Notes: a model not told the origin generated them from the sequence alone. A stretch of DNA of 64,000 bases from Chara braunii (GCA_003427395.1 BFEA01000026.1:733668-797667), one strand, 5' to 3'; positions 1 to 11,690 are shown, counted from the first letter of the stretch. Numbers and translations: made by a program.

Positions 1-94
<94 letters not shown>
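1..94. repeat. (TA)n-(GA)n compound microsatellite
   Basis: Direct inspection of the sequence. Confidence 0.98.
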
Positions 95-97
<3 letters not shown>

Positions 98-263
98 TGG
101 AAATGTTTTTGTTCATCACTGAATTTGACTACAACTATGACAATCTCGCACACAAATCCAGAACCCTATGAACCACCAATCCGACCCGACCCCGAACCCG
201 CTCCTGCTGCCACTCCCTGCCGCTATCCCTAAATCCTACGTGGCATGTTGTCCACGTCGTCAA

Positions 264-1400
264 CTATCGCCACGGACATGGCGGCGGCGCACCATGGACC
301 ACCACGTGGTGCTCCACATGCTCGATGAGACTCCTGCGAACCAACTCCCCTAGCGCGGACCCGTTTGTTGGGTCATCGTCCACCACGGGCTTGATGTTGA
401 GGTCGGGCATATGACGAACGAAACGAGGACGATCTTTTTGCCAACGACGACGTCTGCGATGACCGTGGTCACCATCGCTGTCGCTGCTACTATCGAGCAT
501 ACCAGGGTCAAATTCCACCCTGTGCTCGATCATCAGGTTGTGGAGGATGCAGATTGCCATCACTTCCTTGCAAATGGTTTTCTTGTTGCTAATGTGCGGT
601 CGGATGAAATTCCTCCACACGGCCTTTAGTCGGCCGAAGCAGCGCTCGATGCAAGACCGCACCGCCGAGTGACAATTGTCGTAGGTTCGTTCCTGAGCTG
701 TTGTAGCCGTCCTCCCGACAGGTGTCATGATCCATGGCAGGAGAGGGTAACCTTGATCACCAAGCACATACCGTCCCACGTGTCTGCCGTCGTGCAGGTG
801 TGCACCTCCCTCGTTGAAGACACCTGCCCCTTGCGAGACCTGACGGAACAGTTCCGAAATGCACAAAACTCTCGAGTCATGCACAGACCCTGGGCACCCC
901 ACGTAAACACTAGTGATTCTGCACTCGTGGTCACAAACTACCTGACACTGGACAAAGAATTGTCCTGTGTGATGGTAGTAGCATTCCCCGCGCATACCCT
1001 TCAGTTTGTCGATGTACAAATGGGTGCCATCAATTGCACCGATGCAACCGGCGAACCCTTTCGCCTCGAAAGCGTTCTCCACTTCCTGCATTCGACGGCC
1101 AGTCGGCCACCGAAGGAGATGGCCATACTCGCTGATGATAGCATCCGCGACCTCTTCGTTGCAACGCAAGGCACTCGCAAGGCCCATGCCCATGCCATGC
1201 GAGGTCTGCCGGTAATACCCGCCGGTCGCCCACCTAATGAGAGCCATAGCGAACTTCTGACCAGTAGGAATAGGATTCCTGAAGTTCGTTGGGGATCGCT
1301 GGATATGGGGTGCAATTCTACCCAGCACTTCGAAGAATAGCGGGCGAGGCAGTCTGCAGAATCGGACAAACACCTTGTCGTGTTCACGGCCTGTCCCCTG
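264..1400 (-). mobile_element. PIF/Harbinger (HARBI1-like, DDE_Tnp_4) transposase, catalytic region
   Basis: ORF 264..1511 has CIGAIDGTH, VHDSRVL, VLGDQGYP and HSAVRSCIERCFGRLK motifs plus the HTH-like region KFAMALIRWATGGYY, all typical of Harbinger transposases. The first ~37 codons (1401-1511) look spurious (see findings). Confidence 0.93.
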
Positions 1401-1645
1401 CTGGTACACGGTGCCCTGAGTGTGAAAGTAGCCGTTGAGCAGGCTCCCGGCGGCGTTTTCAAATTCGTTTTCGATGAAATGCGGTCCGTTATTCGGAAGT
1501 GACACCTGCATCGCCGAGAGCGCCGTGGTGATGTGACCGCTTCAGAGGGCATTCGGGAACTGCGTCCATTCACTCCGTGTGCTTGTGTGGGAGGCGTGTG
1601 GCAGCCCGTCGTGTGGTGGTTTGCAAACTGCAGGTAATAGAGGAG

Positions 1646-1951
1646 ATGGACAGTCCGGTTCCATCTGGAAGTTCTTCACAGGAGCGGGAAGACATGCTCT
1701 TCTTCTTGGTTTTCGCCATAACCCAGTGGGTGCACAGGCGCAATGCGGCGGCCATGGCCGTCCTCGAGGCTGTCGCATTCACCCCGTTCCTGTTCGGGGA
1801 CGCGGCGACATCGTTGCCGCTCCTTGCAGGCGGGGTGATGCACGGATTCGCTCTCGCCAGTTTGGCTGCGGAGGAGTTGGGAAGACGCATGGAGCGCTGA
1901 CGGCGGATATGGGTCATGGAACGAAGTGGGGGGGTGTGGAGGGATTTGCAG
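1646..1951 (+). pseudogene. Inverted N-terminal segment of the Harbinger transposase
   Basis: Reads MDSPVP...GRRMER*RRIWVMERSGGVWRDLQ. This R-rich W-x-x-x-R-S-x-x-x-W motif resembles the HARBI1-family N-terminus. One in-frame TGA at 1898 (possible CGA>TGA decay). Confidence 0.65.
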
Positions 1952-2960
1952 CGAATGGAAGTCATTTTCCAAGAGGCCGGCAAGACAGTGGCGGTGGGGT
2001 CTCGACTTTTTCTGGAAATGGTTTTCCAGACGGCGTTGGCCGTTTTTCGTGGCCGAACAAGTTTTCCAACTGCCGAGCAGTGGGGTCCAAGCCTATGAAG
2101 AACAGCTGTGCACCCGAATTCATGGGTTGGTACCATCTCCTTCACGTAAGTCTTCATAGTGATGTACCGTGGCAATAAAATGTGTCCACGAACACATTCA
2201 CGAGGATGAACAAGTAACGGGTATTGGGATACATTCCTCGCGATGTGTCTCATGATGCCTTTAGCAGGCCATCCGACAGACGCCGAAGCATTCCTGTCAG
2301 ATGCACCACAATATTCGAATTTCACATTTCAAGTTCTATTTCTCAGAGGCAAAAAAAAAAAAAAACGAAGTCTGGAAATCAACCCCCCCCCTTTAGAGCC
2401 CATAAAATCTTGACTTCGCCCACGCAAAGCCACGAGCTATCATGTCCAAGTTAGTCCAACTTCGTTTTTTTTTTTCTTTCGACGCATCTCATTGGAAGGG
2501 AGGTGGGCATCTTTACAGTCCCCGCTCGGAAACTACCAGGCCGTCGAGATGCTATCTATTCGACGGCCGTACTGAGTCACTGGATGCCACACGTGATCGA
2601 AATCCTGAACGGCGTGGTAGAATACCTTGCTAGTGGGTCCAGGCCCCTGGGCCCTTAAAAGAACAAAAAATAAGAAAAAAGCTCTGTCCTTGGTCGGCAT
2701 TCTTTTTCTTTTTTTCTTTTTTCTTTTGGAAGAAGTACACCTGTCATTGCAAATAGAAAGTCCGGGCCGGGAATCCCCACAAACAACCCGGGAGAGCTCA
2801 GACCCATTGCCCCTTTTGGGCCCATACTGGAAACCGGGTCGCCAATTTTTACCCTTCTGCTTGCTGTTCTCAGGTGCGAGGAAGGAACCTCTCTGTCAAT
2901 ACTTTTTTTATCTTTCTTTTCTTTCTCTTTTGTCTATTTCGAGGCGGATATATATATATA

Positions 2961-3054
2961 CTAATTATTCTCCTCTCATCTATCTCATCTTCTTGGTATT
3001 ATGCATCTAATTATTCTTCTCTCATCTATCTCATCTTCTTGGTATTATGCATCT
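2961..3054. repeat. Tandem duplication, ~46 bp x2
   Basis: ctaattattctYctctcatctatctcatcttcttggtattatgcat occurs twice in tandem. Confidence 0.9.
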
Positions 3055-3133
3055 ATGTATAGTACGGGGGAACACCAACCAACCGGGATCTCTCCCATGG
3101 GCTCACCACACCACAGTAGTCGTGCAAGAGCAA

Positions 3134-3257
3134 GGTCCTCGCTCCACTACTCATGAAATGTGGCAAAACGAGAATGAATCTTCCGCTAGAACATGGAAAT
3201 ATAGACCGGCATATTTCTTTTTCTTTTGTGCCTGTGGTGAGTAGTGGAGCGAGGCCC
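3134..3257. mobile_element. MITE family A (~125 bp, TIR GGGCCTCGCTCCACTACTCACCA; Tourist/Harbinger-like). Other copies near 3375-3499, 5885-6019, 6405-6530, 13930-14199, 20980-21095, 24786-24908, 53843-53962, 54168-54270
   Basis: Imperfect terminal inverted repeats; most copies share the internal core gagaatgaatcttccgctagaacatgg; copies occur in both orientations. Superfamily is inferred from the GGGC termini only. Confidence 0.8.
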
Positions 3258-3536
3258 CATACCTGGAGGAAACGTGCATTTACTCAGAGCACGCTAACGT
3301 CTGACCAGCAGTTCACTGAACCTGCTCAGAAATCCGACCACATGCTTCCACAAGGTCCTACTTCGTGTGAGCATGGGCCTCGCTTCAAATTACCATATGC
3401 ACAAAAGACAAAAAAAAAATATATGGCGGTGTATCTGTCCATCCACTCGGAGATGATTCGTTCTCATTTTGCACATTTGGTGAGTATTGAACCGAGGCCG
3501 CATGCCTTGCGGCCTTCCTCGAAGGGGTAGGGTTCC

Positions 3537-3585
<49 letters not shown>

Positions 3586-4046
3586 GAAATCCGGGAACCC
3601 GGCGTCCCTTTTTATGCAAAGCCAGGAATCGGGCCTGGCGTCCCTGACAAAGATTCCGCAGTCCGGTTTGGAGGCGAGACATCACCGGCCAAGCCCAGAA
3701 ACAGGACTGCCTCACTCTTCCAATGTTATGCAGAACAGAAACGAACAAGTTCCTCTTTCTCTTTTTTTGGCGTTCGCCGAAGCGCGAAGGGTTTGGAATT
3801 TAGTTTTTATTTAGTTTTTACTAACCTTTTTTTTTTTTTTTTTTTTTTTTTCTTTCTATATTCTTCTCTCAACTTCTGTTTTTGCCTTTCACTACCTACT
3901 CCTAAGGCTATTTAGAGGGGACCCCTACAAGCATAGTTTCCTATCACTGTGAAGGGGAGATTTCATGTTGCCCCTTGCCCCTAATATTTTAGGGTATAGA
4001 GTTGGGGCCGCCAGTGGGGGGCTGGCTAACACAAAGACCGAGGGCT

Positions 4047-4137
4047 AGGTCCCACTTGCACGAATTAAGAGATACTGACTGACCGTTGATAGCAAAGATC
4101 AACGGCCGAAATCTCCTAATTTGCGCAAGTGGGACCT
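4047..4137. mobile_element. Palindromic mini-MITE (TIR AGGTCCCACTTGC) inserted in a ~250-bp dispersed repeat (3890-4195; second copy 21775-22040)
   Basis: Near-perfect hairpin that is absent from the homologous repeat copy at 21775-22040. Confidence 0.65.
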
Positions 4138-4752
4138 TGCCCCGAGACCTGCCAGTAGCTGCGCCTCCCTTTCTCATCGTCCCCCACCCTAACTTTTTAG
4201 GGCCTCGCCACACCAGTCTCGAAATGGGAAAAAGACAAAAATGTGGCGGGAGCATCTGGCCATGTTCTAGCGGGAAGTTCATTCGCATTTTGGACATTTC
4301 GAGAGTGTTGTGCCATGCCCTTAGTTTTCAACCAGCAATAGACGCGTCTCGGTTAGCCTTCACAGACTGCATCATACCGCAAGCGCAAAGATGCAGGGTT
4401 GCTTTCTGGTCGCCGCACAAAATGCAGTCTTACCGCTTCAGGGAAAAAAAGGAAAAAAAAAGAAAAAAAAAAGAAAAAAGAAAGAAAGAAAAAAAAAGGG
4501 AGCCGCAAGCCGACGGGACGCTGCCACACAAGAACTATCACACGCACTATAACACGCGCGGGTGCACGCGGCCGCATCTCCGCACACGCGCCCGCACGTC
4601 CGCACGCACACGCGCACCCGCAGGCAGGCGCATAACAGCCATCTGCACTCGCACACCCATTGGCCCACACACACGCAGAGGAGCAGCTCCGTCCCTTCAC
4701 ATGCTCACACGTGAGAAGAAATCGGACGAGAGAGACACAGAGAGAGACAGAG

Positions 4753-4800
<48 letters not shown>

Positions 4801-4873
4801 CTGGACGCTGAACAAGTGTTGGAATTGGCGAGTGCAGTTCGTCGATTTGGCGACAAGTAACGTTTTGGAAGAG

Positions 4874-5537
4874 ATGGGCAAGCGGGGAACAGGTGGGGGT
4901 GGAGTGAAGGCGATGATGAAGCAACGGGGAGTCGGACATGGTGAGGAGAGAGGAACCCTCTCCGAAGACGACGAGAGAGGGGGCCACCTGTTTTCTCCTT
5001 GGGTGACACTTAGCTTCTTCCCGTCTGTGATGCAAGTGGCTATGGCGATGGCGTTGATTGCTGTCGTCTTGCTGATGCCTGTCTTCTGCGTACACAGTGG
5101 CCGGCCCATGGGATGGGCCTCGCGGCCGGGCCCGATGTTTGGCACCGTGGGCGACGAAACTTCGGTACAGGAAGTAGGACTAGGAGGAGGAGAACTAGGA
5201 GGAGGAGGAGGAGGAGGAGGAGGAGGAGGAGGAGGAGGAGGAAGGAATGTTTTCGGACCGGGTGAGGGACAGGATGGCAGCAAAGAATTGCGGAATGCGA
5301 TGCTCGAAAGAAGAGAGAGCGGGACGATGACACCAAGTGGCGGGGGAGTCAGCCATAGCCGAAGCCGCTATAGCCGAAGCCGCTATAGCCGAAGCTTCTT
5401 TGCCATGTCTGTGGTTCAATGGGCTTGGAAGAAGACGAAGGGCGACGGTCCTGATGGAAAGGAGGACCGCAGAACGGTAGCTGACCGCCTGTTTGCGTTC
5501 TCGTCGTTTTTGCCGCTAGTACAACGGGCCATGGAAG
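4874..5537 (+). CDS. Putative first coding exon (hydrophobic signal/anchor segment, poly-Gly), probably of the Tweety-like gene
   Basis: ATG at 4874 follows a (GA)n tract. The frame contains VMQVAMAMALIAVVLLMPVFCVHS and ends at the donor GAAG|GTGAGA in phase 1, matching the phase-1 acceptor at 52244. The linkage is inference. Confidence 0.5.
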
Positions 5538-6999
5538 GTGAGACGAGGTGATGAATGGCTCTGTCTTTGTCTTTGCTTTTGTTTTTGTTTTTGTTTTTGT
5601 TTTTGTTTCCCTTCCATAGTCCATTGCCAGATGCTATAGCTAGATGCTACAGGCAGATGCTATTCTATAGCCAGATGCTATGCTATTGCCAGGTGCTGTA
5701 GCCAGATGCTATAGGCAAAGCTTATCAAGTGGCGGATATGGCGAAGCGGTCTTGTTGATGGGCTTGATGGACGATGACATCAATGATATGTTCAATCCTT
5801 TTATACTTTTTCCTTCTCTATTTTGTCCCCTTTTGTTGCGTCTTCCTCGATTTCCTCTTCACCGTTTCGATATAGGAATGCTTTGGGCCTTGCTCCACTA
5901 TTCACGGAATGTGCAAAAAAATGAGAATGAATCTTCCGCTTGAACGTGGCACAGGATGCATCGCCATATCTTTGGTCTTTGGTCTTTTGTGCATGTGGTG
6001 AGTGAAGGAGAGAGGCCCTTCGTGCCATCAATTGTGCTTCTTCGCTGGCCGTCTTTATCCGGTTGGATAATATTAATTACTGTTACTAATTAATTAATTA
6101 ACATTAATTAATTAAGTGATTAATAAATTAAGGAGTGCTGTTTCAGAGAGTAGGTGAGCCTAGGAATAGCAGATTGAACAGGGGTCTGATACGTCACATT
6201 CATGGAACATAGCGTGTTTGTCTAGGTCGCTGCCTAGACCGAACCCCCCCCCTTAGATTAGAATCTTTCGTCAGTTATGTTTATGGTGGGGATCACCACC
6301 ATAAACTGGGGATAGTCATATTCTGCGCTCGCAACCATTGCGTTCTTGAAATTAAAAACGTCGTCAACAAATCTTATGATGCACCCACCCCCAGAATAGA
6401 TATTGGGCTTGGCTCCACTACTTACCAAATGTTCAAAATGAGAATGAATCTTGCGCTAGAACATGGGAAGATACACCGCCATGGTTTTTGTTTGCCTGTT
6501 CTGCATATGGTGAGCAGTGGAGCGACGCCCATAGACAACACAATGGTAGTACGTGCCAAGTGGGGCATTCAGACAATGTGCGAAATGAGAAGGAATCTTC
6601 CGCTAGAACACGGGAAGATGCACCGCCTTGATTTTTGTCTTCTCAAGCGTGGCATTTAGACAGGTGAGCTCTCCCAGCGGAGATGGAGATGGAGATGCAA
6701 GGTGAAAGCCGAGACGGCGAAGAATCTGGCCGCACGCAAATGCACACAACCGTGATAACAAGACGGCAAAGATATGGAGTACGTGAGGAAATCTGGAATA
6801 AGTATACTATAAGTCCGAAATATAGGAAAGGGGATGCAAAGAGAGAAGCAGTTCGTAGTGGTGCATATATGCCGGGCCGCCCGGGTCACCTTGTTCGCCC
6901 GGCTGGTAGCCTGGCTCAGCTGTTATTTACCTTAAATGAAAGTGCTCAGAAAACTGTAGGCGACGAGCCGGGCCGCCCGGGTCGCTTGTTCGCCCGGGC

Positions 7000-7339
7000 G
7001 GACCGATCGAAGGTCTCAGCAAAAGAAAAAGAAAGAAAATCCCCAAAACTCTGAAAAAATGTTCTGTTACGTAGAAAAATTAACTGAACAACTCTTGCCT
7101 CCGGGTCACATCGAAATTCTTTACCAAATTAAAAATAAAATAAAATGAAAAATTAAATATTTCCAGTGTGGACCGATCGAAGGTCTCAGCAAAAGAAAAA
7201 GAAAGAAAATCCCCAAAACTCTGAAAAAATGTTCTGTTACGTAGAAAAATTAACTGAACAACTCTTGCCTCCGGGTCACATCGAAATTCTTTACCAAATT
7301 AAAAATAAAATAAAATGAAAAATAAAATATTTCCAGTGT
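7000..7339. repeat. 170-bp tandem duplication inside a MITE family B fragment
   Basis: 7000-7169 and 7170-7339 are essentially identical. Confidence 0.9.
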
Positions 7340-7346
7340 GATTCCA

Positions 7347-7687
7347 GGCTACCAGAGTGGCCCGGGTTCATTTGCCCGGCCGGGCCAAAAAAATGAAATA
7401 AAAATAAAAATGGTTTTTTAATTTAAAATTATATTTTAAATTTGGTGAAGAATTTCGATATGACCCTGAGGCAAAAGTTGTTCAGTTTATTTTTCTGCAG
7501 AACATAGTTTTTTCGCGGATTTTTTGGATTTTTTTGTTTTTTTTTCGGGCTGGGACTTTCCGTAGTCCTTGCACGGCCGGGCCGCCCCGGGAAAATAGGG
7601 TGACCCGGGCGGCCTGGCTGGTACCCTTAGGTTTTATTTGTTTTTTGGACCCGGCCGGGCAAGTGGTCCCGGGCCACTCTGGTAGCC
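7347..7687. mobile_element. MITE family B (TIR GGCTACCAGAGTGGCCCGGG). Further or partial copies at 6872-7339, 9602-9977, 10050-10130, 10160-10310, 12545-12899
   Basis: Long TIRs ggctaccagagtggcccggg...cccgggccactctggtagcc, mostly flanked by TA/TAG. Shared internal segment gaatttcgatRtgaccctgaggcaaaagttg. Confidence 0.85.
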
Positions 7688-10382
7688 TAGTCAGAAAGCC
7701 AAAACGTCTGTGATTTGTTGTTAATACGGCAAAGAAGATACGTTAAGCAATCTGGAAAATTATACCACTCCGAAAGATAGTAAAGGAGATGCAAAGAGAA
7801 AGCCGAGACAGCAGCAAAGACTCCGGCCGCACGCAAATACATACAACAATGATAACACCCACGGCAAAGATATGGACTGTGTGAAGAAATCTGGAAATAC
7901 TGTAATTATACAACTCCGAAGAATAGTAAACCACTGTTAGAACCGAGAAGAGATCGCCATAGCAGGGCTATAGCCCCCCTCCTCCCCCCCCCCCCCCCCC
8001 CCTCACCGCCTGATCACAGTTCTTCTGTCGCGGAGAAATGAAGACGTCTGGCCGTCTTGCATTCCCCAACTGGTTCCGGCCACCGCCTATCGATCGACAT
8101 AGGAAGCGTGATATGCTCCCGGGCAATAGGTGGGGAGCATAGACAAAGACAGTAAGATGGTTAAAGATACACGTACACCGGGTAATCAAAGTGCAATATG
8201 AATGTTTAACAATGCTATCGATTTTTAGAGATGAATTAATAGAATTATTATATTGCGTATTGCTACTATTGCGTCTAAATGCGATAAGTAGTAGTATACT
8301 TCTGAGTGTAATTCCTAAGGTATTAGCTTGTTCTGTGTTTAAAGGAGCATTATCAACTCTGACAGCAGAGCCTCTTGAGAACTCATGAGTTGTTGTGCAT
8401 GGTGGTCGACCCACGAATGTCTATGATGATGGGGAGTATGAGTACTGTAATAGGAGGCGAGCCCGATCATCACGGGGTGATGCTCCCTGGCCCCCCACTA
8501 ACGGTCTGGAGGGGTTACAGAAGTATAATGCAGCAGGCGGCATTATGTGTGGCACATAATGCAGATCAGTGTTTACTAGAAGATCAGGCTTGTGTGTGAC
8601 ACATAATGCATCACAATCTGAAATCAGTCCGCAATCATGAGAATGAATCTTACGATAGAACGTGACATAGAAAGAGACACCACACTGATTGAAAACGATG
8701 AATTGACACAATCGGTTTCCCAGTAGAACAGGCGAAGAAGAGAGAAAAAAAAAGAGCGAACAAAGGGAGAAAATGAGAAAAAGGAAGAGGAAAAAAAGCG
8801 AAAGAGAATGAGAAAAGGAAGAGAAAAAGAAGTAAAAGAGAATGAGAAAAGGAAGAGAAAAAAAGAGGGGAAAAAAAGCAAGAAAAGAAAATAAAAAAAG
8901 AAAAAAGAAAAAAGAAAAAAAGAGTAAAAAAAAAGCAAGAAAAAGAGACTGAAACAATAGGAAAAAAAAGAAAAAAAAAAGGAAAGAAAATAAAACAAGA
9001 AAATGGAAAAAAGAAAAAAAAAAAAAAGAGTAAAAAAAGCAAGAAAAAGAGACTGAAACAAGGAAAAAAAGAAAAAAGAAAAAAAAAGGAAAGGACGAGA
9101 AAGGGGAAGAGAGATATCAAGGATACATTGAGAACACGTGGGGAAAGATTGTGAGAGGCATGTTCATAGGTGTTGTCGCAAATTGCTGGATCTGATAGTC
9201 TGCTACCGTTGGTATGTTGGGGATATTCCTCCTTTTTTTTTTTTTTTTTTTTTTTTTTTGACATGAGCAGTACAACAAATGAGGCCTGCTGGATCTGATA
9301 GTCTGCTACCGTTGGTACGTTGGGGATATTCCTCTTTTTTTTGTTTTTTGTTGTTGACATTAGCAGTACAACAAAGGAGGCCTGGAGTTCGTCAACATTT
9401 AACCCGGAAGAAACCAAAGTACATTCAGCGGTCTAGTTTTGACCATGTTCAATGTACATTCACGGGTTGGGAACCATTACCCAGCTGAGGAGCAGGCGAT
9501 GGGAAGAACGAAATCCAGTGGCAGAGAGATTGGGCAAAACTAGCCCGCTGCCTGGTTGGGATATTCACGTTGACGCCTACGTGGAAAAGTATTACTACAT
9601 AGGCTACTAGCCGCGCGGCCCGGGTCACCTTGTTTGCCCGGGCAGCACGGCCGTGCAAGGAGCTACGAAGTTCCCAGCCAAAAAAAAAAAAAATCCAAAA
9701 ATTTCCTAGGCTACCAGCCGGGCCGCCCGGGTCCCGGGTGGCCAGCCCGTGCAAGGACCAGCGCAGGTCCAAGCCAAAAAAAAAAAAAGACATCAAAAAA
9801 ATCTGAACAAAAAACTACGTTATGCAGAACAATAAATCGAACAACTTTTGCCTCAGGACCACATCGAAATTCTTCACCGAATTTAAAATAAAAAATAAAC
9901 TTAAAAAATATTGTTTTTTTTTTTTTTTTTTTTTTTGGCCCGGCCGGGCAAGTGAACCCGGGCCACTCTGGTAGCCTAGTCAAGTAGCCTAGTTCTTTTA
10001 TTAAAAAAAAAAAAATTCTACTTCAGTATCCCTTGTCAGAGAAAAAAAATAAATTAAAAAATATTTTTTTTTTTTTTTTTTTTTTTTTGGCCCGGCCGGG
10101 CAAGTGACCCCGGGCCACTCTGGTAGCCTAGAAAAAAGAAAAAAAAACCCTATGCCAACAGAAAAATAAACTGAACGACTTTTGCCTCAGGGTCACATCG
10201 AAATTCTTCAGCAAATTTCAAATAAAATTATAAATAGTAAAATGTTTTTTTTTTTTTTTTTTTTTTTTTGGCCCGGCCGGGAAAATGATCCCGGGCCACT
10301 ATGGTAGCCTCGACTACTACCGAAAAGAAAGTAAAGACCTACAATAGTTGTACCTACCGAAAAGAAAGTAAAGACCTACAAT

Positions 10383-10481
10383 AGTTGCACCTCTCGCCCT
10401 CATCCAAGATTTTGAATGCATATGGACAACCACTTTGTCCACATGCATTCGAAATCTTGACAGATGGCGAGTGGTGTAACT
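10383..10481. mobile_element. MITE family C (TIR AGTTGCACCACTCGCC), hairpin. Other copies at 18112-18245 and ~28989-29311
   Basis: Near-complete palindrome; the same termini recur at the other loci. Confidence 0.7.
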
Positions 10482-10559
10482 TTGGTAGGCACTAATATCC
10501 ACTGCACGAACTGTTTGTTGATGGGACACACAGGTTTATAGTATTCGCTTTTGCGATAT

Positions 10560-10916
10560 CTATCCATCTGTTTGTTCATCTCCTCAGGTGGGGTATGTCC
10601 CGTCTGAGGTGGGGTAATTGATTACCTATTAAAAATGTCCCATCTATCGTCAGGTGTCGTCAGGTGGGGTACCTATTAACTGGATCGAGAAAATGTCCCA
10701 TCGCTATCCCCAGGAGGGGTACCTATTAACGGGATAAAAAAATGTCCCGTCCGTCTATCCCCAGGAGGGGTACCTATTAACGGAATCGAAAAGTGTCCCA
10801 TCTATTGTCAGGTGGGGTACCTATTAACGGGATCGAAAAAATCCCATCTATCCATCTGTTTGTTCCTCAGGTGGGCTAAACTGATTGATTACCTATCAAC
10901 GAACGGGATCGAAAAC
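10560..10916. repeat. Degenerate ~50-bp minisatellite (caggtggggtacctattaacgggatcgaaaaatgtcccatctat), ~6 units
   Basis: Direct inspection of the sequence. Confidence 0.85.
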
Positions 10917-11100
10917 TGTGAGAAACGTAGGTAGTAAACGTGAAGAAACAAAGAGAACAAGCATCGTTGCATATGTATGTGTATTATGTGTATATGCTTC
11001 ATAAAGTAATATGTTCATATATGCACATGCACATGGTTGTGCGGGTGTATACGTATTATGTGCATACGCACATATACATGGTTGTGTATGTGTATGTATA

Positions 11101-11147
11101 GCCTCCTGATGAGTCGGTGAAACTCCGACGAAACAGTTTGTCACAGC
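11101..11147 (+). ncRNA. Hammerhead ribozyme core, copy 1
   Basis: CTGATGA (11106-12), stem II GTCGG/CCGAC with loop TGAAACT, GAAA (11130-33), short stem III ACA/TGT, then GTC (putative cleavage after 11142). Stem I pairing is not evident. Confidence 0.75.
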
Positions 11148-11405
11148 CCCTCGTTTGTTGTCCTCTTCTTCCTCTCTGCCTACGGTTTACCGGGCAGTTC
11201 TATTTGACGGTATATACATATACATATACATATACATGTGTGTATGTATATACTATATACATGTACCCATGCACATGCTTATGTATATGTACAAATGCAC
11301 GTATATGTGTATGAAAGTATAAATGTGCAAATCTGTAAATGTACACATGTGCACATACAGATACTGAGCTACGAATACGCATATATGCTCATCCGTATTA
11401 TCCTA

Positions 11406-11511
11406 CCTTCTTCCCCCGAATAAAGCGTACGGTCATTATAGCTGTATTTGGGATACATTTCAGTCTAAATACAGCTGCAAATGACCGTACGTTGTATTCG
11501 GGGGCAGAAGG
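11406..11511. mobile_element. Tc1/mariner-type (Stowaway-like) MITE, TIR CCTTCTTCCCCCGAA, TA TSD
   Basis: Full-length hairpin flanked c-TA...TA-g. A second element with the same TIR and TA flanks lies at 30949-31114. Confidence 0.8.
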
Positions 11512-11520
11512 TAGTCGCAT

Positions 11521-11690
11521 GCTATTTCCCGCCACCAAATAGTGTTTTCCCGCCATCGAATAGCTATTCTCGCCACCAAATAGTGTTTTCCCGCCATCGA
11601 ATGGCTATTCCCGCCTTCAAATTTCCCGCCAGCAAATAGCGCTTTCCCACCGTTGAATTGCTATTTCCCGCCATTCAATAGCGGGGAAAG
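11521..11690. repeat. ~20-bp minisatellite carrying TTTCCCGCC (E2F consensus) motifs
   Basis: Five exact TTTCCCGCC (11525, 11546, 11587, 11622, 11664), three variants and one inverted variant at the end. Confidence 0.85.

Noticed and set aside
8421-9417. Long Phe/Leu/Ser-rich membrane-like ORFs
   Set aside because: By-products of an A-rich low-complexity tract.
10560-10916. Repeat array as a CRISPR
   Set aside because: Inter-core sequences are homologous to each other, so this is a minisatellite.
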